From Candidatus Ornithoclostridium excrementipullorum (GTDB taxonomy: Bacteria; Bacillota; Clostridia; Christensenellales; UBA3700): a DNA stretch of 64,000 nucleotides. The notes beneath the pieces were generated by a model, which worked only from the letters and a program-made list of their open reading frames with translations, was not told where the DNA came from and did no database searches. Within the stretch, counting starts at the first letter, position 1; each line of letters opens with the position of its first letter. This document shows, one piece after another, positions 35,058 to 45,019 of this stretch. The translations under genes were made by a program, and so were the position numbers. The stretch spans positions 14,570-78,569 of the forward strand of contig DVKK01000057.1 of the NCBI GenBank assembly GCA_018716085.1, read 5' to 3'.

Positions 35058-35501
35058 GAGAAATGGTTAGCGTAAGACAACCGGCACGGAATAAAAAGTA
35101 AAAAAGGCGCGCGAATGCGTCTTTTTTCATTTATCCGCGCGCCGACATCCGTGCGGGGGGAGAATATCGTCGCCGTCCTGTCTGACTTTGCGCGGATGCC
35201 GGACTTTGCGTGCGCGACGGATCGCGGAAAACGCGACTTGCGGAAATACGGAAAAAGCGGGTACATATCGCAAAAATCCGCGCCGCGGCCGCAGAAACGC
35301 GTATTCGGAGGCGCCGCGGGGGCGGCGTAAGGAAGCGCTTCGGAATAAGACCTCGATCCGGGCGGAGCAATGTCGCGCGGTTGACCGCGCATTTATGCGG
35401 AGCGATGCGGCGGCGGTCAAAAAATGACGGAAGAGGCGGCAAGTTGCTTTATTTTTGCGCGCATATATGGTATTATATTACAAATGACATCGGAGAGGCG
35501 T

Positions 35502-36416
35502 ATGTTCAAAGATTTTTTGCAGATGAAAGGCGTGACGAAACGGCAGTTGGAAACGCTGCTCTCTTCCGCCGAGGAGATGAAACGGAGGATAAAGTCGAAA
35601 GACAAGTTCTCCGACGAACTGAAAGGGAAGATCGTCGCGACGCTTTTTTACGAAAACAGCACCAGGACGCGCACGTCTTTCGAAGACGCGTGCAAGTATC
35701 TGGGCGCGGCGGTGGCAAGTCTTGACGTCGCCACTTCCAGCGTTCAGAAAGGAGAGTCGCTCGTCGACACGGCAAAGACGATCGAGGCGATGGGGACCGA
35801 CGCGATAGTAATAAGGCATTCGGTGTCGGGCGCGCCGAAACTGGTCGCCGACAGCGTGGACATTCCCGTTATCAACGCGGGCGACGGTCTGCACGCTCAT
35901 CCTACGCAGGCGCTGCTCGATCTGTTCACCGTCAGGGAGCATTTCGGCAAGGTCGAAGGACTGACGGTCGCCATTATCGGGGATATCAAACACAGCCGCG
36001 TCGCGCGCAGCAATATGGAAAGTCTTACGACCATGGGCGCGACGGTCAAGGTGTTCGCGCCTCCGACGATGCTGCCGATGGGCATAGAGAGGATGAAGTG
36101 CGTCGTCTGCCGCACGATAGAGGAGGCGTTCGTCGGTACGGACGCCGTCATGGGACTGCGTATACAGCTCGAACGTCAGCAGACGGGGCTGTTCCCGAGT
36201 TACGGCGAGTACAGTCGGTTCTTCGGGATAAACGCCGAGCGCATGAAACTTGCGAACAAGAGCGCGATAATAATGCACCCGGGTCCCGTCAACAGAGGCG
36301 TTGAACTGGCTTACGACGTATTGGATGCGGACTGCTGTCGCAAGGACGAGCAGGTCGCCAACGGCGTGGCGGTGAGAATGGCGCTGCTCAAAGCGATATT
36401 GGAGGAGAAAAAGTGA
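35502..36416 (+). CDS. pyrB: Aspartate carbamoyltransferase catalytic subunit
   Basis: Start at MFKDFLQMKG (GGAGAGG RBS). Contains F.E.STRTR.SFE and HPTQALLD. Confidence 0.9.
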   Translation: MFKDFLQMKGVTKRQLETLLSSAEEMKRRIKSKDKFSDELKGKIVATLFYENSTRTRTSFEDACKYLGAAVASLDVATSSVQKGESLVDTAKTIEAMGTDAIVIRHSVSGAPKLVADSVDIPVINAGDGLHAHPTQALLDLFTVREHFGKVEGLTVAIIGDIKHSRVARSNMESLTTMGATVKVFAPPTMLPMGIERMKCVVCRTIEEAFVGTDAVMGLRIQLERQQTGLFPSYGEYSRFFGINAERMKLANKSAIIMHPGPVNRGVELAYDVLDADCCRKDEQVANGVAVRMALLKAILEEKK

Positions 36417-37678
36417 TAAAGATCACGGGAGCCGACGTATTCGGCAAAAAGACGGACGTTTTGGTTGACGGAGACAGGATAAAGGATATCGGCGACCTCG
36501 GCGGCAAGTACGCCGACGCGGAAGTCGTCGACGCCGACGGATTGGCGCTTCTTCCCGCCTTCGTGGATATGCACGTGCATCTGCGCGAGCCGGGGCAGGA
36601 ATACAAAGAGGACATAGAAAGCGGCAGCCGCGCGGCGGTCGCCGGAGGTTTCTCCGCGGTATGCTGTATGCCCAACACAAAGCCTGTGACGGACAACAAG
36701 TATATCGTAAAATACGTAAAGACCCGCGCGGAAGAGGTCGGACTTGCCAAGGTATATCCGATCGCCGCGGTGACCGTGGGGCAGGAAGGCAAGACGATCA
36801 CCGAGATGGGCAAGCTCAAAGAAGCGGGAGCCGTTGCGTTTTCGGACGACGGCAGACCGGTCGAAAACGCGCAGACGATGCGCGTTGCCATGGAGTACGC
36901 AAAGCAGTTCGACGCGCTGATCATCAGCCACTGCGAGGATATTTCTCTTGCGGCGGGAGGCGTGATGAACGAGGGCTACACGGCTTCGGAGGCGGGATAT
37001 CGCGGAATAACCCGTGCCGGCGAAGAGGTCATGGTTGCGCGCGAGATAGTGCTCGCCGACGCGCTCGACACAAAAGTACACATCGCCCATATCAGTACGA
37101 AAGGCAGCGTGCGGCTCATCGCCGACGCAAAGCGCGCGGGGATAAAGGTCAGCTGCGAGACCTGTCCGCATTACTTCGCCGCCACCGACGAGCTGTGCGC
37201 AGGGGGAGATCCCAACGCAAAGATGAATCCGCCTCTGCGCGAAGAAGAGGACAGAAAGGCGATCGTCGAGGCGATAAAAGACGGTACGGTCGACGCGATA
37301 GCGACCGATCATGCGCCGCACGCCGCGCACGAGAAACTCTCGTTTGCCGACGCGGCGAACGGTATCTGCGGATTGGAAACGTCGTTCGCGCTCGCATATA
37401 CGTATCTCGTCAGAAGCGGAGAGATAACTCTGGAAAGGCTGTCCGAATTGATGACCGCGGGACCCGCCGCGCTGGTCGGTATCCCGTGCGGCAAGATAGA
37501 AAAGGGCGGACTTGCGGATCTCGTGCTCGCGGATCTGAACGAGAAATATACGATAGATCCCGACAAGTTCTTCTCCAAGGGCAGGAACACGCCTTTCGGC
37601 GGAAGAGAAGTCTACGGCAAAGTCCGCATGACAATGGTAAACGGAAAGATCAAATACAAGGACGGAAAAATATGCTGA
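36413..37678 (+). CDS. pyrC: Dihydroorotase
   Basis: DMHVHLREPG, and DHAPH near the C-terminus. The start overlaps the pyrB stop. Confidence 0.9.
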   Translation: MIKITGADVFGKKTDVLVDGDRIKDIGDLGGKYADAEVVDADGLALLPAFVDMHVHLREPGQEYKEDIESGSRAAVAGGFSAVCCMPNTKPVTDNKYIVKYVKTRAEEVGLAKVYPIAAVTVGQEGKTITEMGKLKEAGAVAFSDDGRPVENAQTMRVAMEYAKQFDALIISHCEDISLAAGGVMNEGYTASEAGYRGITRAGEEVMVAREIVLADALDTKVHIAHISTKGSVRLIADAKRAGIKVSCETCPHYFAATDELCAGGDPNAKMNPPLREEEDRKAIVEAIKDGTVDAIATDHAPHAAHEKLSFADAANGICGLETSFALAYTYLVRSGEITLERLSELMTAGPAALVGIPCGKIEKGGLADLVLADLNEKYTIDPDKFFSKGRNTPFGGREVYGKVRMTMVNGKIKYKDGKIC

Positions 37679-38574
37679 TCGACAGACTTATCGACAAGAT
37701 CAAAGAGACGGACAACCCGTCCGTTGCGGGACTGGATACCTGCGTGGACTATCTTCCCGACGAAACGCGGGAGAAGTGCGAGACGCTTTACGACGCGGCG
37801 AAGTATATAACGGATTTCAACTTCGCGCTGATCGACGCGCTCAAAGACGTGGTCCCCGCCGTCAAGGTCCAGGTGGCTTATTACGAGATGTACGGCGTGG
37901 AGGGCATGAGAGCGTTTTCGGATACGCTCGCTTACGCGCGTCAGCACGGGCTGTTCACGATAGCCGACGTCAAGAGGAACGATATCGGAAGCACGGCTTC
38001 GGCTTACAGCAACGCCTATTTGGGCGAGACGGTGCTCGAAGGAAGCGCGGTCACGCCGTTCGAGAGCGACTTCATAACGGTCAACGGCTATCTCGGGACG
38101 GACGGAGTGAAACCGTTCGTAGAGGATTGCAAAAAGAACGACCGCGGGATATTCGTCCTGGTCAAGACTTCCAACCCCAGCGGAGGAGAATTGCAGGACA
38201 GGCTGATGGACAACGGCAAGCCGCTGTACGAAAACATGGCGGAATTGGTTGACGGATGGGGCGAAGCTCTGCGCGGAAAATACGGATATTCGAGCGTCGG
38301 CGCCGTCGTCGGCGCCACTCACAGAGCGCAGGCGGAGGCTATCCGCAAAGCGCATCCGCATCTGTTCTTCCTGATACCCGGATACGGCGCTCAGGGAGGC
38401 AAGGCGGACGACCTGGCGGTCTGTTTCCGCGACGGCATCGGCGGCATAGTCAATTCCTCGCGCGCCATTCTCACCGCTTACAGAAAACCGCAGTATGCGG
38501 GCAAGGCGTTTGACGAGGCGGCAAGGCTTGCGGCGATCGCGATGAGAGAGGATATCAACAAGTGCATAAAATGA
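37672..38574 (+). CDS. pyrF: Orotidine-5'-phosphate decarboxylase (long, type 2)
   Basis: Start at MLIDRLIDKIKE (ATG at 37672, overlapping the pyrC end). Contains FTIADVKRNDIGSTA. The upstream part of the track ORF is an out-of-frame overlap with pyrC. Confidence 0.85.
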   Translation: MLIDRLIDKIKETDNPSVAGLDTCVDYLPDETREKCETLYDAAKYITDFNFALIDALKDVVPAVKVQVAYYEMYGVEGMRAFSDTLAYARQHGLFTIADVKRNDIGSTASAYSNAYLGETVLEGSAVTPFESDFITVNGYLGTDGVKPFVEDCKKNDRGIFVLVKTSNPSGGELQDRLMDNGKPLYENMAELVDGWGEALRGKYGYSSVGAVVGATHRAQAEAIRKAHPHLFFLIPGYGAQGGKADDLAVCFRDGIGGIVNSSRAILTAYRKPQYAGKAFDEAARLAAIAMREDINKCIK

Positions 38575-39335
38575 AGGACCGCAAAGCCGAGGTCGTCCGC
38601 AACGAACGCGTCGCCGCGGACGTGATGAAGATGACTTTGAAGTTCGGCGATCTGCCCCCGATCATAGGAGGACAGTTCGCGCACGTCAGACTGCCCGACG
38701 GCGCGCACGTATTGCGCAGACCGTTCTGCATATGCGATTTCGACGCGGAGAAAAAGACCGTCGATCTGTGTTATGCCGTCGTGGGCGGCGGTACGAGAGT
38801 GCTGGCGGACGTCAAAGAGGGCGAAAAGCTCGACGTGCTGCTTCCTCTCGGCAACGGATACGTACCGGTCGGAAAGAAGATAATGCTTATCGGCGGAGGT
38901 ATGGGCAGCGCCGTACTGCCCGCCGTGATCACCGCTTTCCCCGACAGAGAATATTCCGTGTTTCTTGGCTTTTCGGACGCGTCCAAAGTCGTGCTTGCCG
39001 ACGAGCTGAGAGCAAAGGGTGCGAAGGTCACGCTTGCTACGGACAACGGGAGCGCGGGAGTCAAGGGCTACGTCGCCGATATAGCCGAAGCCGCCGTCGC
39101 CGCGTTCGGACCCGACGAGATATTCTGCTGCGGGCCCGAGATAGTCTACAAGATATTGGCGAAGAAATTTGCGGATTCGGACGTTCCCGTCAAGATATCG
39201 CTCGAACAGCGCATGGGGTGCGGGATAGGGGCTTGCCTCGTCTGCAACTGCCGCGTAAAGCGCGGTGACGGCGAAGAATATCTGCGCGTATGCAAGGACG
39301 GTCCCGTATTCGGGCTGAAGGAGGTCGTGCTGTGA
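38571..39335 (+). CDS. pyrK: Dihydroorotate dehydrogenase electron-transfer subunit
   Basis: FAD/NAD-binding fold with the C-terminal 2Fe-2S motif CGIGACLVC...C. The ATG overlaps the pyrF stop. Confidence 0.85.
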   Translation: MKDRKAEVVRNERVAADVMKMTLKFGDLPPIIGGQFAHVRLPDGAHVLRRPFCICDFDAEKKTVDLCYAVVGGGTRVLADVKEGEKLDVLLPLGNGYVPVGKKIMLIGGGMGSAVLPAVITAFPDREYSVFLGFSDASKVVLADELRAKGAKVTLATDNGSAGVKGYVADIAEAAVAAFGPDEIFCCGPEIVYKILAKKFADSDVPVKISLEQRMGCGIGACLVCNCRVKRGDGEEYLRVCKDGPVFGLKEVVL

Positions 39336-40240
39336 ACTTATCGGTGGAGATAGCGGGAGTCAAATTCAAGAATCCGATCATCGCCGCGAGCGGCACTTTC
39401 GGATTCGGCGCGGAGTATTCGGAGTTTTATCCTCTGTCGTCGCTCGGAGGCATCTGCACGAAGGGACTTACGATCGCAAAAAAAGAGGGCAATCCTCCGC
39501 CGAGAGCCACGGAAACGTACGGCGGGATGCTCAACGCCGTGGGTTTGCAGAACCCGGGGATAGAACACTTCCTTGCGACCGATGACAAGACGCTCGCGAA
39601 CGAGGACGTCGTCGTGATCGCAAACGTGGCGGGCTCGACTACGGAAGATTACATAGCGATAGGCGAGAGGATCAACGACGCCAACGCGCAGATGGTGGAA
39701 CTGAATATCTCGTGCCCCAACGTAAAGGAGGGCGGCATGGCGTTCGGAGTGCTGCCCGAGAGCGTGGAGCGCATCACCGCGGCGGTGACCAAGGTGTGCA
39801 GGAAGCCCGTCATCACCAAACTGTCGCCCAACGTCGCCTGTATCGCGGACAACGCCCGCGCCGCGGAGGCGGGAGGCGCGGCTGCGGTCTCTCTGATAAA
39901 TACGCTGTCCGGAATGGCGGTCAACTGGAAGACGCGCCGACCGATACTCGCCAACAACAACGGCGGACTCAGCGGACCGTGCGTTAAGCCCGTCGCGCTG
40001 AAAATGGTCTGGGACTGTTACAATGCGGTCAAGATCCCCATCATCGGACTGGGCGGGATCGCGAGCTGGACGGACGCTTTGGAATTCATTATCTGCGGCG
40101 CACGCGCCGTGCAGGTAGGGACCGCGAATTTCGCGACGCCGACTGCCGCTTACGATATAGCGCGCGGTTTGGAAGAGTACGTTCGCGGCAACGATATCGA
40201 TATCAACGACCTGGTCGGCACGCTGATCCTCAACGGCTGA
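39332..40240 (+). CDS. pyrD: Dihydroorotate dehydrogenase B catalytic subunit
   Basis: The GTG start overlaps the pyrK stop. Contains VEIAGVKFKNPIIAASGTFGFG, NISCPN and GGLSG. Confidence 0.9.
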   Translation: MNLSVEIAGVKFKNPIIAASGTFGFGAEYSEFYPLSSLGGICTKGLTIAKKEGNPPPRATETYGGMLNAVGLQNPGIEHFLATDDKTLANEDVVVIANVAGSTTEDYIAIGERINDANAQMVELNISCPNVKEGGMAFGVLPESVERITAAVTKVCRKPVITKLSPNVACIADNARAAEAGGAAAVSLINTLSGMAVNWKTRRPILANNNGGLSGPCVKPVALKMVWDCYNAVKIPIIGLGGIASWTDALEFIICGARAVQVGTANFATPTAAYDIARGLEEYVRGNDIDINDLVGTLILNG

Positions 40241-40263
40241 CGGGCGAAAAAGGAGTTTACATT

Positions 40264-40854
40264 ATGATGACAACGGAAGAGGCTTTGGAGTATTACCGCA
40301 AGAGCGGGGCTATCCTCAAAGGGCATTTCAGACTGACTTCGGGCAGACACGCCGACACCTATATGCAGAGCGCGAAAGTGTTCGTCGATCCCGCTTGCAG
40401 CGAAAAGCTGTGCGCGGCTCTGGTCGAGAAACTCAACGCCGCGGGCGTAGAAGCAGACATGGTCATATCGCCTGCCATCGGCGGTATACTGATGGGATAC
40501 GAAGTGGCGCGCCAGATGGGCAAACCCAATATTTTCGCCGAGAGAGAAAACGGCGAGATGACTCTGCGCCGCGGCTTTTCTTTCCCCGCAGGGACCCGCT
40601 TCGTGGTCACCGAGGACGTGGTCACGACGGGAGGTTCGGTCAAAGAGGTCGTCGCGCTCGTCCAAAGACTGGGCGGCAAGGTAGCCGCCGTGGCTTCGCT
40701 GGTGGACAGGAGCAACGGCAAGGTGGATTTCGGCGTGAAGTTCGTCAATCTCATAAGTATGGACATCGTTTCTTACGAACCCGACGACTGCCCGCTGTGC
40801 AAAGAGGGTAAACTCGAACTGGTCAAGCCCGGTTCGAGAGTATTTGCCAAATAA
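40264..40854 (+). CDS. pyrE: Orotate phosphoribosyltransferase
   Basis: GHF.LTSGRH and the PRPP loop VVTEDVVTTGGS. Confidence 0.9.
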   Translation: MMTTEEALEYYRKSGAILKGHFRLTSGRHADTYMQSAKVFVDPACSEKLCAALVEKLNAAGVEADMVISPAIGGILMGYEVARQMGKPNIFAERENGEMTLRRGFSFPAGTRFVVTEDVVTTGGSVKEVVALVQRLGGKVAAVASLVDRSNGKVDFGVKFVNLISMDIVSYEPDDCPLCKEGKLELVKPGSRVFAK

Positions 40855-41669
40855 TGTACGCTTTGCTCGACAGGGCATATTCGTCGCTGCGCGGCATGAC
40901 CGACTTCGAGCCCGACTTCGGGATAGTTTTGGGCAGCGGTCTTTCCTCCGTCGCGGACAGAATGGACGTGAGATGCCGCATACCGTATGCGGAGATAGAC
41001 GGAATGCCTGTCTCCACGGTGCAGGGGCATACGGGCGTATTGCTTCTCGGCACGTTCGGCGGGGCAAAGGTCGCCGTCATGCAGGGCAGAGTCCATTATT
41101 ACGAAACGGGGAACGCGGCGCTGTCCGTACTTCCCGTAAGGCTTCTGATACGTATGGGGGCGAAAGCGGTGATCCTGACCAACGCCGCGGGCGGAGTGGA
41201 TCCGTCCTACGATACGGGCGATATCATGCTCATCCGCGATCATATCTCGCTTGCGCCCAACCCTCTCGTCGGAGCCAACGACGACAGATACGGTCCGCGT
41301 TTCCCCGATATGACGGACGCATACGATCCGCAGCTCCGTAAGACCGCGGAAAGCGCGGCGCAGGATCTGGGGATCGCGCTCAAAGAGGGCGTGTACATAC
41401 AGTTTACCGGACCGAGTTTCGAGACTGCGGCGGAAGTCGCGATGGCGCGCGCTCTCGGCGCGGACGCCGTCGGTATGAGCACTGCGATAGAAGCGGTCGC
41501 GGCAAGACATATGGGAGCAAAGGTGCTGGGGTTTTCGTTTATAAGCAACAAGGCCTGCGGATTGAACGACGAACCGCTCTCGCATCTGGACGTACAGAAA
41601 GAGAGCGCGCGGGTCGCCGACAAACTCGCCTCGCTCATAGAAGAGACCGTGCGGCGCGCGGAGGTGTGA
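40854..41669 (+). CDS. punA: Purine nucleoside phosphorylase (PunA/PNP family 1)
   Basis: GIVLGSGL, STVQGHTG, GR.HYYE and MSTA.E. The ATG overlaps the pyrE TAA by 1 nt. Confidence 0.85.
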   Translation: MYALLDRAYSSLRGMTDFEPDFGIVLGSGLSSVADRMDVRCRIPYAEIDGMPVSTVQGHTGVLLLGTFGGAKVAVMQGRVHYYETGNAALSVLPVRLLIRMGAKAVILTNAAGGVDPSYDTGDIMLIRDHISLAPNPLVGANDDRYGPRFPDMTDAYDPQLRKTAESAAQDLGIALKEGVYIQFTGPSFETAAEVAMARALGADAVGMSTAIEAVAARHMGAKVLGFSFISNKACGLNDEPLSHLDVQKESARVADKLASLIEETVRRAEV

Positions 41670-41671
41670 AG

Positions 41672-42955
41672 ATGGAACTCAGGTTTTGCAACGCGCTGAT
41701 ATGGGACGGAGAGAAACTCTTTCACGGGGAACTGCGCACGGAAGGCGACAGGATAAGTTACGTTTCGCCGGTGTCCACTCTCGATTACCGCAACTGGGAT
41801 CGGGAGATAGACTGCAAGGGGAATCTGCTGATGCCGTCTTTCAAGAACGGGCATACGCATTCTCCTATGACGTTCCTGCGCTCGTTCGCCGAGGATCTTC
41901 CGCTGAAAGAGTGGCTGCACGAAAAGGTCTTTCCCGCCGAGGATAAGCTGACCGACGAAGACTGCTACAAACTGACCAAGCTGGCGGTCGCCGAGTATTA
42001 TTCGGGAGGAACGACCTGCTGCTGCGAGATGTACGGACATACCCGCGCGGTGGCAAAGGCGCTCGCCGACAGCGGTATGGCGGCGGTGGTCACGGACGGG
42101 ATACTCGACTTCGACGGCACGCCCGAGGAGATCGAGAGAAAGATAGATTCAAGCGTGGAATTTTATAAAAATTTCCCTGCCCGTGTGCGTTACGGACTGT
42201 CTATACACGCGCAGTACACTTGCTCGGAAGCCACGCTGAGAGCGGTGAAGCGCGCAGCGGACAAGTACGGATTCCCTCTGCTAGCGCATATGAGCGAAAC
42301 GAGAGTAGAGGTCGAGTCGTGTATCGGACAGACGGGGAAAACTCCCGTGGAATACCTATACGGGCTCGGGCTGTTCGAGAACGGCGGCGCGGGGTTCCAC
42401 TGCGTACACGTGACCGATCGTGAGATCGACCTCATGGCGGAGAACGGGGTGGCGGCGGTCACCTGCCCTTGCAGCAATCTCAAATTGGCAAGCGGCGTCG
42501 CGCCCGTTGCGAAAATGGCTGCGCGCGGCGTAAAGATAGGGATAGGTACGGACGGCGCGGCGAGCAACAACGCTCTCGATATGTTCCGAGAAACGTATCT
42601 GGCGTCCGTTTTGCAGAAGTACCGCGAAAACGACGCCGCGGCATTCGGCGCCGAACAGGCTCTGCGGGCGGCGACTTCGGCGGCATCGTTCGGTTTTTGC
42701 GGCGCGGAAGGCTTGAAAAGGGGCGCTTATGCGGATATGGTGATGATCGACCTCGGGGCTCCCAACATGAGACCTCGCAACGACGTGATAAACAACGTCG
42801 TTTACGCCGCGGGCAGACAAAACGTGCTCATGACGGTGTCGGGGGGCAGGATAGTTTACGAGAACGGCGTACCCGACGTGGGCGAAGATCTGAACGCGCT
42901 GTACGCCGACTGCGAGGATATCGCCGAGAGGATAGCACGTGAGACCGCAGGATAA
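41672..42955 (+). CDS. Amidohydrolase, MTA/SAH deaminase-like (MtaD family)
   Basis: NGHTHSPMT metal motif, and HMSET/GTDG patterns of the chlorohydrolase/deaminase family. An alternative GTG start at 41666 overlaps the punA stop. Confidence 0.7.
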   Translation: MELRFCNALIWDGEKLFHGELRTEGDRISYVSPVSTLDYRNWDREIDCKGNLLMPSFKNGHTHSPMTFLRSFAEDLPLKEWLHEKVFPAEDKLTDEDCYKLTKLAVAEYYSGGTTCCCEMYGHTRAVAKALADSGMAAVVTDGILDFDGTPEEIERKIDSSVEFYKNFPARVRYGLSIHAQYTCSEATLRAVKRAADKYGFPLLAHMSETRVEVESCIGQTGKTPVEYLYGLGLFENGGAGFHCVHVTDREIDLMAENGVAAVTCPCSNLKLASGVAPVAKMAARGVKIGIGTDGAASNNALDMFRETYLASVLQKYRENDAAAFGAEQALRAATSAASFGFCGAEGLKRGAYADMVMIDLGAPNMRPRNDVINNVVYAAGRQNVLMTVSGGRIVYENGVPDVGEDLNALYADCEDIAERIARETAG

Positions 42956-43394
42956 GAAGGCGAAAAGACTGCGCTTCGGAGGATTGATATTGCTCACTCT
43001 GATCGTTATCGGTACGGTCATAGGAGTCATGTTCGCGGCGCAAAGCTGCGGCGAAGAGATCACGGAGCTCGATATGCGGCAGACGTATACCGCGGGCGGA
43101 GTTTCTGTCACGCCGACTTCTCTGCGCTGCGTCGAATACGGCGGAGATATCTACGTGTTCGTCTACGTGGAAGCGAAAGGCCGCGTGTATACGGACGATT
43201 TCGATCTGGACGGGCAGGCTCCGTCCGACGAGTGCGACGCCGCGGCGGATCGCGCGGGAGTGTCGCCTCTCGCCGACGGCACGATCGAGGACGGCGGAGC
43301 GTGGATAGCGTTCAGGACCGAAGGCAGGACGGGAGAGAGCCGTCTCGGATACGGCTCGGCAAGTTACAGACTGGGCGTACTGACTCCGGAATAA
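42939..43394 (+). CDS. Membrane-anchored/lipoprotein-like hypothetical protein
   Basis: A GTG start overlaps the end of the mtaD-like gene. Has an N-terminal TM segment followed by Cys (VMFAAQSC). No known motif. Confidence 0.5.
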   Translation: MRPQDKKAKRLRFGGLILLTLIVIGTVIGVMFAAQSCGEEITELDMRQTYTAGGVSVTPTSLRCVEYGGDIYVFVYVEAKGRVYTDDFDLDGQAPSDECDAAADRAGVSPLADGTIEDGGAWIAFRTEGRTGESRLGYGSASYRLGVLTPE

Positions 43395-43434
43395 AAAGAA
43401 AGACAACGACGGCGGAAGACCGCAAGGAGAATAA

Positions 43435-45009
43435 ATGATACAGGTCAACGATCTTACGCTTCAATTCGGCGGAAGAAAACTGTTCGAGGACGTAAACCTC
43501 AAATTTACGGAAGGGAACTGCTACGGGATAATCGGCGCCAACGGAGCCGGCAAGTCCACGTTCCTCAAAGTGCTGTCCGGCGAGATCGAGCCGACTAAGG
43601 GGCACGTTTCCGTAGGCAAAGGGCAGCGCATAAGCGTGCTCAACCAGAATCAGAACGATTTCGACGACTGCACGGTGATGCGCACGGTATTGCTCGGGCA
43701 CAAGCGCCTTATGCAGATATGGGACGAGAAAGACGCGCTGTACGCAAAGCCGGATTTCAGCGACGAGGACGGCGTGCGCGCGGGCGAACTGGAAAACGAG
43801 TTTGCCGAGCTGGGAGGCTGGGAAGCTGAGAGCGAAGCTGCTTCGCTGCTCAACGAACTCAAATTCGGCGAAGAATACCACGACAAGCTGATGGGCGAGC
43901 TGGACGGAAAGCAGAAAGTAAAGATACTTCTCGCTCAGGCGTTGTTCGGCAATCCCGACATACTGATACTCGACGAGCCTACCAACAACCTCGACGCAAA
44001 GAGCGTGATGTGGCTGGAAAAGTTTTTGCTCGACTTCAAGAACACGCTCATCATCGTGTCGCACAACAGGCATTTCCTCAACAGGGTGTGCACGCATATC
44101 TGCGACGTCGATTACGGCAAGATAAATATGTACGTGGGCAACTACGATTTCTGGTACGAAACCAATCAGCTTCTGCAAAGGCAGGCGAGAGAGGCGAACA
44201 AGAAGGCGGAGGCCCGCGCAAAGGAATTGCAGGACTTCATAGCGAGATTCGCCGCCAACGCGTCCAAGTCCAGGCAGGCGACGTCGCGCAAGAAAGAGCT
44301 GGAAAAACTCACTCTCGAAGACATAAAGCCGTCTATGCGCAAATATCCTTATATCAACTTCGAGTTCACGCAGGAGCTCGGCAAGGAGATCCTGACCGTA
44401 GAAGGGCTTACAAAAAAGGGGTATTTCGAAGACGTAAGCTTTACCGTGCAAAAGGGCGAAAAGATAGCGTTTCTGAGCGACAGGTCGGTGGAAGTGTCGA
44501 TGTTGTTCGACATACTGTGCGGCGAGGAAGAGGCGGATTCGGGCAAGGTCGTATGGGGCAAGACGGTCACGACGGGGTATCTGCCGCAGAATTTCGATTC
44601 TTTCTTCGACGGGTGCAAGCTCAACCTCGTGCAGTGGATAGACCGCTGGTCCAAGGATCACGACGAGACCTATCTGCGCAGCTGGCTGGGCAGGATGCTC
44701 TTCTCGGGCGACGAGGTCAAAAAGAGCGCAAACGTTCTGAGCGGAGGCGAAAAGGTGCGCTGTATGCTCGCGCGGGCGATGCTGACCGCGGGCAACGTGC
44801 TCATCCTGGACGAGCCGACCAACCATCTCGATCTCGAATCGATCACCGCACTCAACAAGGGAATGATCAATTTCAAGGGCTGTATACTGTTTTCGTCGCA
44901 TGACCAGGAACTCATGCAGACTACGGCGAACAGGATAATAGAGATCAACGGCAAAAAGACGTTCGACAAACTCACCACATACGAGGACTACCTCGAATCC
45001 ATCGACTAA
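43435..45009 (+). CDS. ABC-F family ATPase (two ABC domains, no TM domain)
   Basis: Two Walker A sites, two signature motifs (LSGG-type) and an inter-domain linker. 524 aa. Confidence 0.85.
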   Translation: MIQVNDLTLQFGGRKLFEDVNLKFTEGNCYGIIGANGAGKSTFLKVLSGEIEPTKGHVSVGKGQRISVLNQNQNDFDDCTVMRTVLLGHKRLMQIWDEKDALYAKPDFSDEDGVRAGELENEFAELGGWEAESEAASLLNELKFGEEYHDKLMGELDGKQKVKILLAQALFGNPDILILDEPTNNLDAKSVMWLEKFLLDFKNTLIIVSHNRHFLNRVCTHICDVDYGKINMYVGNYDFWYETNQLLQRQAREANKKAEARAKELQDFIARFAANASKSRQATSRKKELEKLTLEDIKPSMRKYPYINFEFTQELGKEILTVEGLTKKGYFEDVSFTVQKGEKIAFLSDRSVEVSMLFDILCGEEEADSGKVVWGKTVTTGYLPQNFDSFFDGCKLNLVQWIDRWSKDHDETYLRSWLGRMLFSGDEVKKSANVLSGGEKVRCMLARAMLTAGNVLILDEPTNHLDLESITALNKGMINFKGCILFSSHDQELMQTTANRIIEINGKKTFDKLTTYEDYLESID

Positions 45010-45019
45010 GGAGGCGGAT

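Noticed and set aside
35003-35442. Several 70-170 aa ORFs on both strands in the gap upstream of pyrB.
   Set aside because: All are Arg/Pro/Ala-rich, overlap one another in different frames and lack an RBS. I kept the region as an unexplained non-coding segment rather than calling a gene.
36661-38574. Long composite track ORFs: 36661..38574 (637 aa), 32444..33874, 18766..20346, 53153..54892, 28848..29468 and 51201..52211.
   Set aside because: Only the 3' portion of each is a real gene (pyrF, holB, MetH-activation domain, ADH-like 1, greA, degV). The 5' portions are out-of-frame read-through over the upstream gene or intergenic DNA. I reassigned starts to the RBS-preceded ATG/GTG that restores the conserved N-terminus.
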